The notes beneath the pieces were generated by a model. The model ran no database searches, was not told the origin of the DNA, and saw only the letters and a list, made by a program, of their open reading frames with translations. The translations under genes and the position numbers were made by a program. This document shows positions 1-8,086 of a DNA stretch of 64,000 nucleotides, piece by piece. The DNA comes from a virus (Duplodnaviria > Caudoviricetes). Each line of letters begins with the position of its first letter. Positions within the stretch are counted from its first letter, which is position 1. The DNA lies in IMG/VR virus record IMGVR_UViG_3300043423_000073, positions 90,700 to 154,699 of that record. One strand, written 5' to 3'.

Positions 1-1
1 G

Positions 2-160
2 GTTAACGAGCAGTCCGCAGCCAACAAGGTTGTGGTGCTCAAGTCGAATGCCTTACGCGAGTTGCGGCTCTTGCCTGCATCGCAGCAAGTGCTGGCACCG
101 AAGAGCCCACCGCAGTTAAGTGAGAACAAGCTTGCCATGTTGCAAGCACGGTTTCGTTAA
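2..160 (+). CDS. 3' end of a hypothetical protein (truncated by window edge)
   Basis: Open frame from base 2 to TAA at 158-160 (…LSENKLAMLQARFR*). Confidence 0.5.
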   Translation, partial: VNEQSAANKVVVLKSNALRELRLLPASQQVLAPKSPPQLSENKLAMLQARFR

Positions 161-225
161 CTTTTCCTGTTCCCTCGTAAATCAATCCAATCCGATCCAA
201 CCTAACCTCACACAAGGCCCATCAA

Positions 226-636
226 GTGATACACCTCACTCCACAAAATTGCCACAAGCAAAACGCCCTCTGCAACATTTTGCGTGAGAAGCTCAAGTTC
301 AATGAGTTTGCGCTCATTGCCGCCGACCTCAGCTTGGACGAGGTAAACGCCCTTTTGGCTTTACCAGAAGTTGACACGCCATGTCGTATACGTCGCGCAC
401 GCAATCGCTCAGGCTCTGCCTTTGACCAGCAGTCTGAGCCGGGCTTGGTCGCAGGCTTCATGCGTTCCAGTGACACAAGTATCAAGGTGCTCGTTATCTA
501 CACTGAGCGCTACGACGAAGAGGACGCCACAGGCCGACAGTGGGGCTTTGTTGACGTGGTGCAGGTAGGCCACCACCCAGCTTGCAAGACAAAGCCTGCG
601 CCTAAAAGCAAAGCAGCAGCTACGCGCAAAATTTAA
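226..636 (+). CDS. Hypothetical protein
   Basis: 136-aa ORF downstream of leader copy 1. Confidence 0.65.
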   Translation: MIHLTPQNCHKQNALCNILREKLKFNEFALIAADLSLDEVNALLALPEVDTPCRIRRARNRSGSAFDQQSEPGLVAGFMRSSDTSIKVLVIYTERYDEEDATGRQWGFVDVVQVGHHPACKTKPAPKSKAAATRKI

Positions 637-661
637 CCAAACCTCACACAAGGAGATCGAA

Positions 662-1309
662 ATGAAAAAGTACACACAGGAAGAATTTGATGCACTGCCG
701 GTAGTTGACGGCGGCAAAACTTGTCCGACCGGCGACTACTCGGCAATTTCAAAATTCCCATATCGTTGCCACTTCGGCGAGCAGTGCCGCTTCGGAATGC
801 AATGCAGCTTCGGAATGCAATGCAGCTTCGGAGAGCGGGCAAGCTTCGGAGAGCGGGCAAGCTTCGGAGAGCGGGCAAGCTTCGGAATGCAATGCCGCTT
901 CGGAGAGCGGGCAAGCTTCAGCAAGGGATGCCGCTTCGGAATGCAATGCAGCTTCGGAGAGTGGACAAGCTTCGGAATGCAATGCAGCTTCGGCGAGAGG
1001 GCAAGCTTCGGAATGCAATGCGGCTTCGGAGCGTGGTGCAGTTTTGAGGGCCATGCAGCCAAGCCATGCACCCGCCTCCCCGTAATGAGCATTGGCGGGG
1101 CAGGTGCACTCGGACGCACAACGTATTTTTTCAACACCGAAGACGGCATCATTGTCCGATCGGGGTGTTTTAAAGGCACACTGGCAGAATTTCGCGCAAA
1201 AGTTTTGGCCGACGTTCGTGGCGACAAAACCAAAATCAAAGCGCTGCAATATCTCGGTTTTGCAAACATCGTCGCCGCGACGTGGTTGCCCGAGCAGGTA
1301 GAAGTATGA
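662..1309 (+). CDS. Hexapeptide-repeat (beta-helix-like) protein with phage C-terminal domain (RTTYF…VRSGCFKGTLAEF)
   Basis: AGGAG RBS; 15 x 6-aa repeats (xFGMQC / SFGERA); C-terminal GCFxGTLxEF motif typical of phage LbH-repeat proteins. Confidence 0.8.
   Translation: MKKYTQEEFDALPVVDGGKTCPTGDYSAISKFPYRCHFGEQCRFGMQCSFGMQCSFGERASFGERASFGERASFGMQCRFGERASFSKGCRFGMQCSFGEWTSFGMQCSFGERASFGMQCGFGAWCSFEGHAAKPCTRLPVMSIGGAGALGRTTYFFNTEDGIIVRSGCFKGTLAEFRAKVLADVRGDKTKIKALQYLGFANIVAATWLPEQVEV
770..1039 (+). repeat. Coding tandem repeat, 15 x 18 bp, two interleaved unit types
   Basis: Units AGCTTCGGAATGCAATGC and AGCTTCGGAGAGCGGGCA with variants, in frame. Confidence 0.95.
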
Positions 1310-1355
1310 CATTTCTCTGTCAAATCCCAACCAAACCTCACACAAGGAGATTGAA

Positions 1356-1652
1356 ATGAAAAAGTACGAACTCGTAAAAACAGATGCGATCGAGGTAAGA
1401 GATAAGACGCTTTATCGCATTCGCGCCCTGCAAAGCTTTGCTACCATAGCGGCCGGTGAGCTCGGTGGCTACATTCAAGGCGAAGCGAACCTTTCGCATG
1501 AAGGTAACGCCTGGGTATTTGACGATGCCTTGGTTTACGGCAAAGCACACCTCTCCGGCAACGTCCAAATCTTCGACACGGTTAGGGTTTACGGTAAGGC
1601 CGCGCTCTCCGGCAACTTACGTATCTTCGGTGAGGCCGAAGTCTTCGTCTGA
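1356..1652 (+). CDS. Short left-handed beta-helix (hexapeptide) phage protein
   Basis: MKKYEL…LYRIRAL…GELGGYI…NLSHEGNAWV followed by AxVYGxA repeats. Confidence 0.8.
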   Translation: MKKYELVKTDAIEVRDKTLYRIRALQSFATIAAGELGGYIQGEANLSHEGNAWVFDDALVYGKAHLSGNVQIFDTVRVYGKAALSGNLRIFGEAEVFV

Positions 1653-1717
1653 ACCTGCATGGTTAGCACCATTAAAATAACCCAAATCCCAACCAAACCT
1701 CACACAAGGAGTATTCC

Positions 1718-2275
1718 ATGTCTCTCACGCTCAAAGCTGCCACTCGCTTCCTCAAGATGAATTGTGGCCTCCGCAGCTTCACGCAGATTCCCAACGCCCG
1801 AGAAGGCAACCTGTGCTTCAAGGCCGAAATCACACCGCTCTTTATTGAGTCGGTTTCTACCTACCAGCTTATCGCGCATGACCCGCATCGTGACCTCGTG
1901 GTTTACGTTGACACTGCCTCCGACATTGCAATTCGTATTGCAGCGACGGGCCGCATCGTCTTATGCAGCGCCGCCAAGCACGCACACCGCATGGTCAAGG
2001 CGACGGACGCAAGCAAGTTGCGCTTGCTGGCCAAAGCCCTCGCTCCTCGTGAGGCTTCGGTTACCCAGAAGAAGGCCAAAGGCACGGCTGCCACCTATCA
2101 AGCCAAGGAGTTCTTTCAGCGAGGTATCGCCGCCTACCGCGCCGCTGCCAAGGCGCGTGGTTACAAGGTGGTCAAGTCGCCCACAGGCCTCCTTGAAGCC
2201 TTTGGCGCGGAAGACGGTAAGCTGCGTGGACGTTACGATCACGCAAAAGAGAAGAACGCAGGTTGGTTGAAATGA
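1718..2275 (+). CDS. Hypothetical protein
   Basis: 185-aa ORF after leader copy 4 with AGGAG RBS. Confidence 0.75.
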   Translation: MSLTLKAATRFLKMNCGLRSFTQIPNAREGNLCFKAEITPLFIESVSTYQLIAHDPHRDLVVYVDTASDIAIRIAATGRIVLCSAAKHAHRMVKATDASKLRLLAKALAPREASVTQKKAKGTAATYQAKEFFQRGIAAYRAAAKARGYKVVKSPTGLLEAFGAEDGKLRGRYDHAKEKNAGWLK

Positions 2276-2598
2276 AAAGAAAGAAAAGCGCAAAAGATTT
2301 AAAGCTTGCAGAAGAAGAACGCAGACTTCTCGAAAAGTGGGAAAAGCTGCCCAAGTTTGCTTTTCGCCAGCATCACGAAAAACCGTCAAAAACGCTTGAA
2401 TATCGCCTCGGCTCTCCGCCTGGGCGTGCGTTGGCGGAGCAGCCTTCTTTGGCTACGCCCGGTGGTTCTACATCTACTGTAAATAATATGAGATACACAG
2501 GAAACAATGTACTTGGTGTTTGCGTAATGCACAAATCAAGTCTTGTCCCCGTCTTCTCAGCAGAAGATGCAACCGACATAGCAAGAATGCGCCGATGA
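2272..2598 (+). CDS. Conserved phage protein (YTG…MHKSxxVPVF…DIAxMRR family seen in T4-like phages)
   Basis: ATGA overlap with upstream stop; recognisable C-terminal motif. Confidence 0.7.
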   Translation: MKRKKSAKDLKLAEEERRLLEKWEKLPKFAFRQHHEKPSKTLEYRLGSPPGRALAEQPSLATPGGSTSTVNNMRYTGNNVLGVCVMHKSSLVPVFSAEDATDIARMRR

Positions 2599-2924
2599 CT
2601 GAAAACAACACCCAAACCCACAATCAAGCTCAACCCCAAGGCAATCGCAAAGTCAAGCAACACTTCAAAACCCCTGACCTTACCGTAGGCGAGCTTCTTC
2701 AGTTCGACAGCACAATGGTGCATCAAATTCAAACCGGGCCGAAACTTTCATTCTTTCGGCCCGCGTTGCGAATGAACTCTGACCGACAGCTTGTCCCTAA
2801 CACTGAACGTGTTGGCCACCTCATCTTTTTGGAAGACTATTTTGATGGAGCTAGCAGTTGTAGCATCACCGAACGCAGCGGGCGCGTCTCAAAAGCAAAA
2901 GTTGTTGCTTTACCGATCGCGTAA
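2595..2924 (+). CDS. Hypothetical protein
   Basis: ATGA-coupled start at 2595. Confidence 0.6.
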   Translation: MTENNTQTHNQAQPQGNRKVKQHFKTPDLTVGELLQFDSTMVHQIQTGPKLSFFRPALRMNSDRQLVPNTERVGHLIFLEDYFDGASSCSITERSGRVSKAKVVALPIA

Positions 2925-3504
2925 GGCCAAGCTTGCAGCCTCCAAAGAGGCGTGCGAAGAAGCCTTTAACCATTTTGCAATCACAGCGTTTCCCGAACTC
3001 ATAAAGGAGATTACCCAATTACGCACACACATTCGTAACATTACCAAGACCGGTGTACCTCGAACAGAGGCGCAGGAAGAAACGAACAGGGTTTCGCTAA
3101 AGGGCGAGCAACTAGCCTCTGCCGAAGCCGAACTGCTCGCCAAAGCTTGGCGGCAGGCGCGGTCAAGGCATCACCCTGATCGTGGCGGTTGCCCTTCGCT
3201 CTTCAACGAAGCCGTAAAGGCCTACAAAGACGGCAACTTGAAGCTTTTAACCGAGCTTGCTCTCTGGACGTCCTTGCCTGACGATTACTGGTCCACGCAG
3301 CTTGGCCTGATTCGGGTCGAAGAACAAAAGCTCGAGGCGTCGCCTATGTGGCGCATCTATCTGCAAATCGTTTCTTGCATGAGACAAGGCTCGCGGCCTA
3401 GTGCTGCTGTTTCTAGTCTTGTACAAGAGATTCTCTCTGAGGTTATCCTCAATCTTCAAACGGAGGCTATCAATGCCATTTCCCCACAAAAAACCGGCAG
3501 CTAA
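2845..3504 (+). CDS. J-domain (DnaJ-like) containing protein; start uncertain
   Basis: AWRQARSRHHPDRGG…FNEAVKAY: HPD motif in J-domain helix context. Confidence 0.65.
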   Translation: MELAVVASPNAAGASQKQKLLLYRSRKAKLAASKEACEEAFNHFAITAFPELIKEITQLRTHIRNITKTGVPRTEAQEETNRVSLKGEQLASAEAELLAKAWRQARSRHHPDRGGCPSLFNEAVKAYKDGNLKLLTELALWTSLPDDYWSTQLGLIRVEEQKLEASPMWRIYLQIVSCMRQGSRPSAAVSSLVQEILSEVILNLQTEAINAISPQKTGS

Positions 3505-4171
3505 ATCTGCCACCGCCACTGCCGCCCCAGCAGCCAAGAAGCCGCCAGTCGCTGCTCCAGCCAAGCGGGGTTTCCCTGCTCGCAAAACAGGCACTGCTGC
3601 TAAGCGTCCTGCCCGCAAGCCCTTGCCTACTTGGAAGGTGCCTGTTGACTTCAAGCCGCACTTTCTCCTCGTGACATTCCGCACAGAGGCAGACGGCCTT
3701 ATCGGCAGCCGCTTCAAAGCTGTTCGTTACGTTGGCCGCTTTGCGGAAGACGCTGACGACAAGAAGAAGTTTGACATCATGTCCTACGACCCGCAAACGC
3801 TTGCCGCGATTCAGGGCCGCATGAGCAGCACAATGTTCAAAGCGTCCAATGACAAAAAGTTTTCGGCAGCGCCGAAAGCGCGAGCAGGCGAAAAGGGCGG
3901 CATGCGGTTGCCTGCCAAAACTGTTTTCTCGGCGCTCATCCGCGTTGGCAAAAAGACAGCAGAAGGCACATTGACCGCTCGTATCCCAGCCGTCTTCCAG
4001 CACATCAAGAACGAAAAGACTGGCAAAGTCCGCATGACTCCTTTGGAGAAGACGGACCCGGCCTATCGTTTGATTCGTCGCGCTTCGCGCATTCTGCCTG
4101 GCGCCTTTGATCAGTGTTTGATGCCGCCGAAACGCACGCGCACTCGCTCATCGGACGCTGACGAAGAGTAA
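3473..4171 (+). CDS. Basic protein with Lys/Ala/Pro-rich N-terminus
   Basis: GGAGG RBS; KKPAAK/PAAKKP N-terminal tail followed by a globular domain. Confidence 0.75.
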   Translation: MPFPHKKPAAKSATATAAPAAKKPPVAAPAKRGFPARKTGTAAKRPARKPLPTWKVPVDFKPHFLLVTFRTEADGLIGSRFKAVRYVGRFAEDADDKKKFDIMSYDPQTLAAIQGRMSSTMFKASNDKKFSAAPKARAGEKGGMRLPAKTVFSALIRVGKKTAEGTLTARIPAVFQHIKNEKTGKVRMTPLEKTDPAYRLIRRASRILPGAFDQCLMPPKRTRTRSSDADEE

Positions 4172-4179
4172 CTGTAAAT
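4170..4179 (+). promoter_or_regulatory. Putative phage-specific promoter motif AACTGTAAAT (also 9580-9589, 27769-27778, 29622-29631, 32461-32470)
   Basis: Exact 10-mer seen five times; four copies lie at or just after gene ends, upstream of the next gene. Confidence 0.6.
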
Positions 4180-4253
4180 AACCAGAGTAGGCAGGTTTGG
4201 TGCTCCTGTCAACTCTTTCCTTTCTGCACCGTTTTCATTTTCAAGGTTTTACT

Positions 4254-5138
4254 ATGCCGAAACAAATCGCCCGTGCCGCCGCCGCAAAACGCAACGTCGT
4301 TCGCAAAGCTCCTGCCCGAACCGCCAAAGCTGCTCCCACCCGCGCCGCCAAGGCCAAGCCCGCTGCCAAGGCAGTTCGTCAAAAGACTGTTGTGTCCGCA
4401 GGCATTCAAGTGGCCCTCCAGACCATCTTGACCGTCACCGCAAACAAGTTGGTCAACAAGGGCAACTACTACCTGGCCGACGGTCAGGTGATTCTGAAAA
4501 GCAGCATCCAGTACCAAGTGGGCAACACCATTGGCTATCACGCCACTGTCATCTTGGGTACCACAGAAAACATTGACACCAAAGACGGCGTCATTGTCTT
4601 CAAGACTGAAGACGGCACCCCCGTCATTGTGCGTGAAGCCGCCGCCTTGGTGACTGTCCACGGTGCCGCCGCTCCTGCTGAGGCGCCGGAGGAAGATGAC
4701 GAGGACGACGAAGAAGCTGATGCCGACATGGAAGACGAAGACGACGAGGACGAAGCGCCCGCCAAGTCCAAGTCCAAGGCCAAAGCCAAGAAGAAACCAG
4801 TCGTTGCCGACGATGAGGACGATGAGGACGAAGACGAAGACGAAGACGATGAAGAAGAGGGTGACGACGAGTTCGGCGACGACGACGAGGACGAAGCGCC
4901 CGTCAAGTCGAAGGCCAAGGCCAAGAAGAAGCCAGTCGTGACAGATGACGACGAGGACGAAGACGACGAGGACGAGGACGACGAGTTCGGCGACGACGAG
5001 GAAGAGGACGAAGAGCCTGCTCCCAAAAAGAAGAAGCCGGTCGCCAAGAAAGGCAAGAAGCCTGCCGCGGACGACGAGGACGATGAAGACGACGAAGGTG
5101 AGGACGAGGACGAGGACGACGAGTTCGACTTCAACTGA
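4254..5138 (+). CDS. Protein with basic N-terminus, small globular domain and long alternating acidic/basic tail
   Basis: D/E tracts separated by KSKAKAKKKPV blocks; ends DEFDFN. Confidence 0.85.
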   Translation: MPKQIARAAAAKRNVVRKAPARTAKAAPTRAAKAKPAAKAVRQKTVVSAGIQVALQTILTVTANKLVNKGNYYLADGQVILKSSIQYQVGNTIGYHATVILGTTENIDTKDGVIVFKTEDGTPVIVREAAALVTVHGAAAPAEAPEEDDEDDEEADADMEDEDDEDEAPAKSKSKAKAKKKPVVADDEDDEDEDEDEDDEEEGDDEFGDDDEDEAPVKSKAKAKKKPVVTDDDEDEDDEDEDDEFGDDEEEDEEPAPKKKKPVAKKGKKPAADDEDDEDDEGEDEDEDDEFDFN

Positions 5139-5152
5139 TCGATTGACGTAGA

Positions 5153-5178
5153 AAGATGGGGCAAGCTTGCCCCATCTT
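5153..5178 (+). terminator. Probable intrinsic terminator (26-bp perfect palindrome)
   Basis: AAGATGGGGCAAG|CTTGCCCCATCTT just after a stop codon, followed by CTGTTT. Confidence 0.7.
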
Positions 5179-5197
5179 CTGTTTAGGAGTCTCGATC

Positions 5198-5482
5198 ATG
5201 AGTCAAATTGACTATCTTGGGCTTTACAGCGAAAAGTGTTTACGTTGCGCTCACCTTGTCGAAGGCGCAACAAAAAAGTACAAGCAGTGCTTCACTGACC
5301 GAAACCCGGAATGCCCGGCCTCGGAAGTTCGCATTGTCTTTACTGGGCTTGCTCAGAGGTGTGCCAAAGAAGTTCGGGCCGCCCGAGCCAAAGGTGACCT
5401 CGCACGAGAAGCAAGAGTGTTAGCCTACGCTGCCTCTCGGGGCAAAATCTTTGAACAGAAATTCTTGGAGTCTTTGAAATGA
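5198..5482 (+). CDS. Hypothetical Cys-containing protein
   Basis: AGGAG RBS; CxxC…C…C. Confidence 0.7.
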   Translation: MSQIDYLGLYSEKCLRCAHLVEGATKKYKQCFTDRNPECPASEVRIVFTGLAQRCAKEVRAARAKGDLAREARVLAYAASRGKIFEQKFLESLK

Positions 5483-6231
5483 GCCACTCTGCTCTCACCG
5501 TGTTGCATTTTGTTCGCCAGCAAGGCTGGCTGATTCCAGAGGATTTTGAAACATTTTCTCAGTTGCGCGAGTTAGGCATAACAGCCTTTCGCCTTCATGA
5601 ACGGCATGTGCCCCTTCTCAAGATCGCCATCGGCAAACGCAAAATCCGAGGCAAAATCAAAAACTTTTCTCTCTTAGAGAATGACTTTCACGAAAGGTTG
5701 GGCACCGCATGGACCGCACGCTTTGGCAAGGCCACTTTGGAGCGAAACAGTATCGTCCTTAACTGCAAGGCTAGCGCAGCCGCCCGCAACGCAATCGACA
5801 AGGTTGAGACTGGCGTGCGCAACTTTTGCGCCCGTTGGGGCCTTTCGGTTACGACCGAGTTCAGCGAGGCGGGTTCGCGTTACCGCTATGTTGCCAAATA
5901 CAAATACTCGCCTGATCTGAATCCTGTTCTCCCTTATCCGACTGATGGGGCAGACAGCGTGATTTGCTTTGACCTCGGCTTCACTCGAATCGAAATCACC
6001 TTTGACGCACAGCGCCTTGTCCCTGCCTTCTCTCGCGGTGGCTTCAATGCTCGCCCCGACATTGGGCCAGCAGGAACACCTGACCACCGACTGCGGGTGT
6101 TAGTTAAATCCGCAGACAACTGGATTCCGGTTCACACTGGTTCCTTTGTTGATTCGACGGTGGGTGACATTAAGACGCTAATGCGTCTAACCTCAGAACT
6201 TGCTAACAGAGCAAAACAGCATGACGACTAA
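5479..6231 (+). CDS. Hypothetical protein
   Basis: 250-aa ORF, ATGA overlap. Confidence 0.75.
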   Translation: MSHSALTVLHFVRQQGWLIPEDFETFSQLRELGITAFRLHERHVPLLKIAIGKRKIRGKIKNFSLLENDFHERLGTAWTARFGKATLERNSIVLNCKASAAARNAIDKVETGVRNFCARWGLSVTTEFSEAGSRYRYVAKYKYSPDLNPVLPYPTDGADSVICFDLGFTRIEITFDAQRLVPAFSRGGFNARPDIGPAGTPDHRLRVLVKSADNWIPVHTGSFVDSTVGDIKTLMRLTSELANRAKQHDD

Positions 6232-8086
6232 ATACGACTCATCGTCTATTCAGACACTGGCCTTCCCGGAGACAATTCGGCGAAACACCGCAATGTATGT
6301 GGGCGGCACAGACAGCTACGGCCTGTTCGTCATTCTTCGAGAGCTTCTCGACAATGCGGCAGACGAGTATTTGGCCGGACGCAATGAATACCTTGGCGTC
6401 TTTGTGCAGGACGGTGCCTACTGGGTGCAGGACGGCGGCGCAGGTGTGCCGCAAGGCGTCAAGTCTGTGGAAGTCACGGTTAACGGTAAGGCCGTGGTGT
6501 CGAAGATGGACACTATGCAGGCTGTCTTTGGTGTCCTCCACACCTCAGGTAAGTTTCAGTCGGAGGCTTACAAGGTATCCATCGGTTCTCACGGCGTTGG
6601 CGTGAAAGGGACTAACGCGACTTCACTCTACTTCAAAGTGTGGACTTGCTACAAGGGTAGCTGGTTCTCTGTTGCCTTTGAGAAGGGCAAACTCACCGAA
6701 AAGGTTGCGCCGGCAAAGGCCCCCAAGAGCCCCCTCACTGGCAAGACAATGACAAAGGGTACGCTGGTCACTTTCAAACCAGACCCTTCCATCTTTAGCG
6801 CCAAGTCGTTTCCACCTTCAATGCTCACAGAGTGGGCGGAGGTTATGAGCTACCTGTCGCCTGGTTTCAAGATTCAACTCAAGTCCTCAAAAGGCGAAAA
6901 GGTTTTTCTAAGCCAGAAGGGTCCCAAGGACTACACTGACGCGCGACTAAAGGCGTTAAAGGCCGAGTCGGAGCCCACTGTCTTTGAATTTTCAAACGAG
7001 CTGGCTGTCGTGGCCTTGGCGTTCTCCAACGCAGACGGTTGCGAAGTCCGCGGTTTCACAAACGGCCTAAACAACAGCCAGGGCGGAAAGCATGTGGACA
7101 GCGTTGTGGCTGGCATGTTCAAGGCATTAAAGCCCTATGCGGGCGCTCGACAGAGCTTCACGGTACATGACTTTAAGGACGGACTCGTTGGTCTTGTTAA
7201 CGCCAAGTTGCACAAGGCGCAGTTCAGCAGCCAGGACAAAGCAAAGCTGTCAGATGATCGCATGGGCGCAGACTTCGAGGCTTCTGTACTCGCCGCCGCC
7301 GAAAAGTTTTTCAAGGCCAATAAGGCAATGGCTGGCCGTCTTTGCGAACGTGCTTCCAAGATCGCAGACCTGAAAAACAAATTCAAGAACAATAAAAAGG
7401 TCGCAATGGCGTTGGGCAAGCTCAAGCGCAGCGGGTTGCCTCCTAACTATGCTCCTGCCCACAGGACCGTGCCTGCAAAAGATCGAGAACTGATTCTGGT
7501 AGAAGGCGCGTCCGCAGCAGGCCCTATTCGCGAGGTTCGCGGTAAGCACCAAGCTCTTCTGCCTCTGCGCGGCAAGATACTGAATGTGGCGAAGACGAAG
7601 GCCGAGCGTGCTTTGCAGAGCCAGGACATTTTGAACATTTTGGCTGCCATGGGCTTTGACCCCAAAGCCGAAGACCCTTTGAGCAAGCTTCAAGTCGGTC
7701 GCGTCATTTGCTTGGCTGACCCAGACCCTGACGGCCATCACATTAATTGCCTGCTGCTGACCTTGTTCACCAAGTATCTGCCTGGCATGTTTGATCGTGG
7801 CATGGTCTACGTTGCAGACACGCCCGAGTTTTACGCCCTTCACAAAGGCAAGGTATTCACCGGCGACCGCTTGTCCATTGTGCATAAAAAGCTCAAGGAC
7901 GCCGGTGTGAAGGCAGACATTCATCACGTTAAGGGTTGGGGCGAAGTTGATTCGCAAGTGGTCAAGCTGTGGGCGGTTGACTCGGTCACGCGGCGTCTGA
8001 TTAAGATCAACCCGCTTGCTACCTCAGACACCGAGCAGTTCGGTAAACTGATGGGTGCATCAATGGAGGTAGAAAATGAAGCCTAA
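6221..8086 (+). CDS. Type IIA DNA topoisomerase, B (GyrB/ParE-like) subunit
   Basis: GHKL ATPase (MYVG, ELLDNAADE, DGGAG, GSHGVG); TOPRIM motifs EGASA, PLRGKILN, DPDPDG, KGWGE. Confidence 0.95.
   Translation: MTTKYDSSSIQTLAFPETIRRNTAMYVGGTDSYGLFVILRELLDNAADEYLAGRNEYLGVFVQDGAYWVQDGGAGVPQGVKSVEVTVNGKAVVSKMDTMQAVFGVLHTSGKFQSEAYKVSIGSHGVGVKGTNATSLYFKVWTCYKGSWFSVAFEKGKLTEKVAPAKAPKSPLTGKTMTKGTLVTFKPDPSIFSAKSFPPSMLTEWAEVMSYLSPGFKIQLKSSKGEKVFLSQKGPKDYTDARLKALKAESEPTVFEFSNELAVVALAFSNADGCEVRGFTNGLNNSQGGKHVDSVVAGMFKALKPYAGARQSFTVHDFKDGLVGLVNAKLHKAQFSSQDKAKLSDDRMGADFEASVLAAAEKFFKANKAMAGRLCERASKIADLKNKFKNNKKVAMALGKLKRSGLPPNYAPAHRTVPAKDRELILVEGASAAGPIREVRGKHQALLPLRGKILNVAKTKAERALQSQDILNILAAMGFDPKAEDPLSKLQVGRVICLADPDPDGHHINCLLLTLFTKYLPGMFDRGMVYVADTPEFYALHKGKVFTGDRLSIVHKKLKDAGVKADIHHVKGWGEVDSQVVKLWAVDSVTRRLIKINPLATSDTEQFGKLMGASMEVENEA

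Larger units (their letters stand above)
204..1711 (+). repeat. Dispersed repeated gene leader (core AACCTCACACAAGG), 4 copies: 204-217, 635-673, 1321-1367, 1683-1711
   Basis: 635-673 vs 1329-1367 match at 38/39 nt including RBS and first codons (MKKY); 1321-1349 is identical to 1683-1711 (29 nt). Confidence 0.9.

Noticed and set aside
770-1039. CRISPR array or DGR template
   Set aside because: Units are contiguous 18-mers in frame within a CDS, with no unique spacers, and no cas or reverse transcriptase gene is in the window.
4538-5164. Poly-Ser ORFs on the minus strand (also 33602-34513 and 33808-34305)
   Set aside because: Antisense shadows of GAC/GAA-rich acidic genes.
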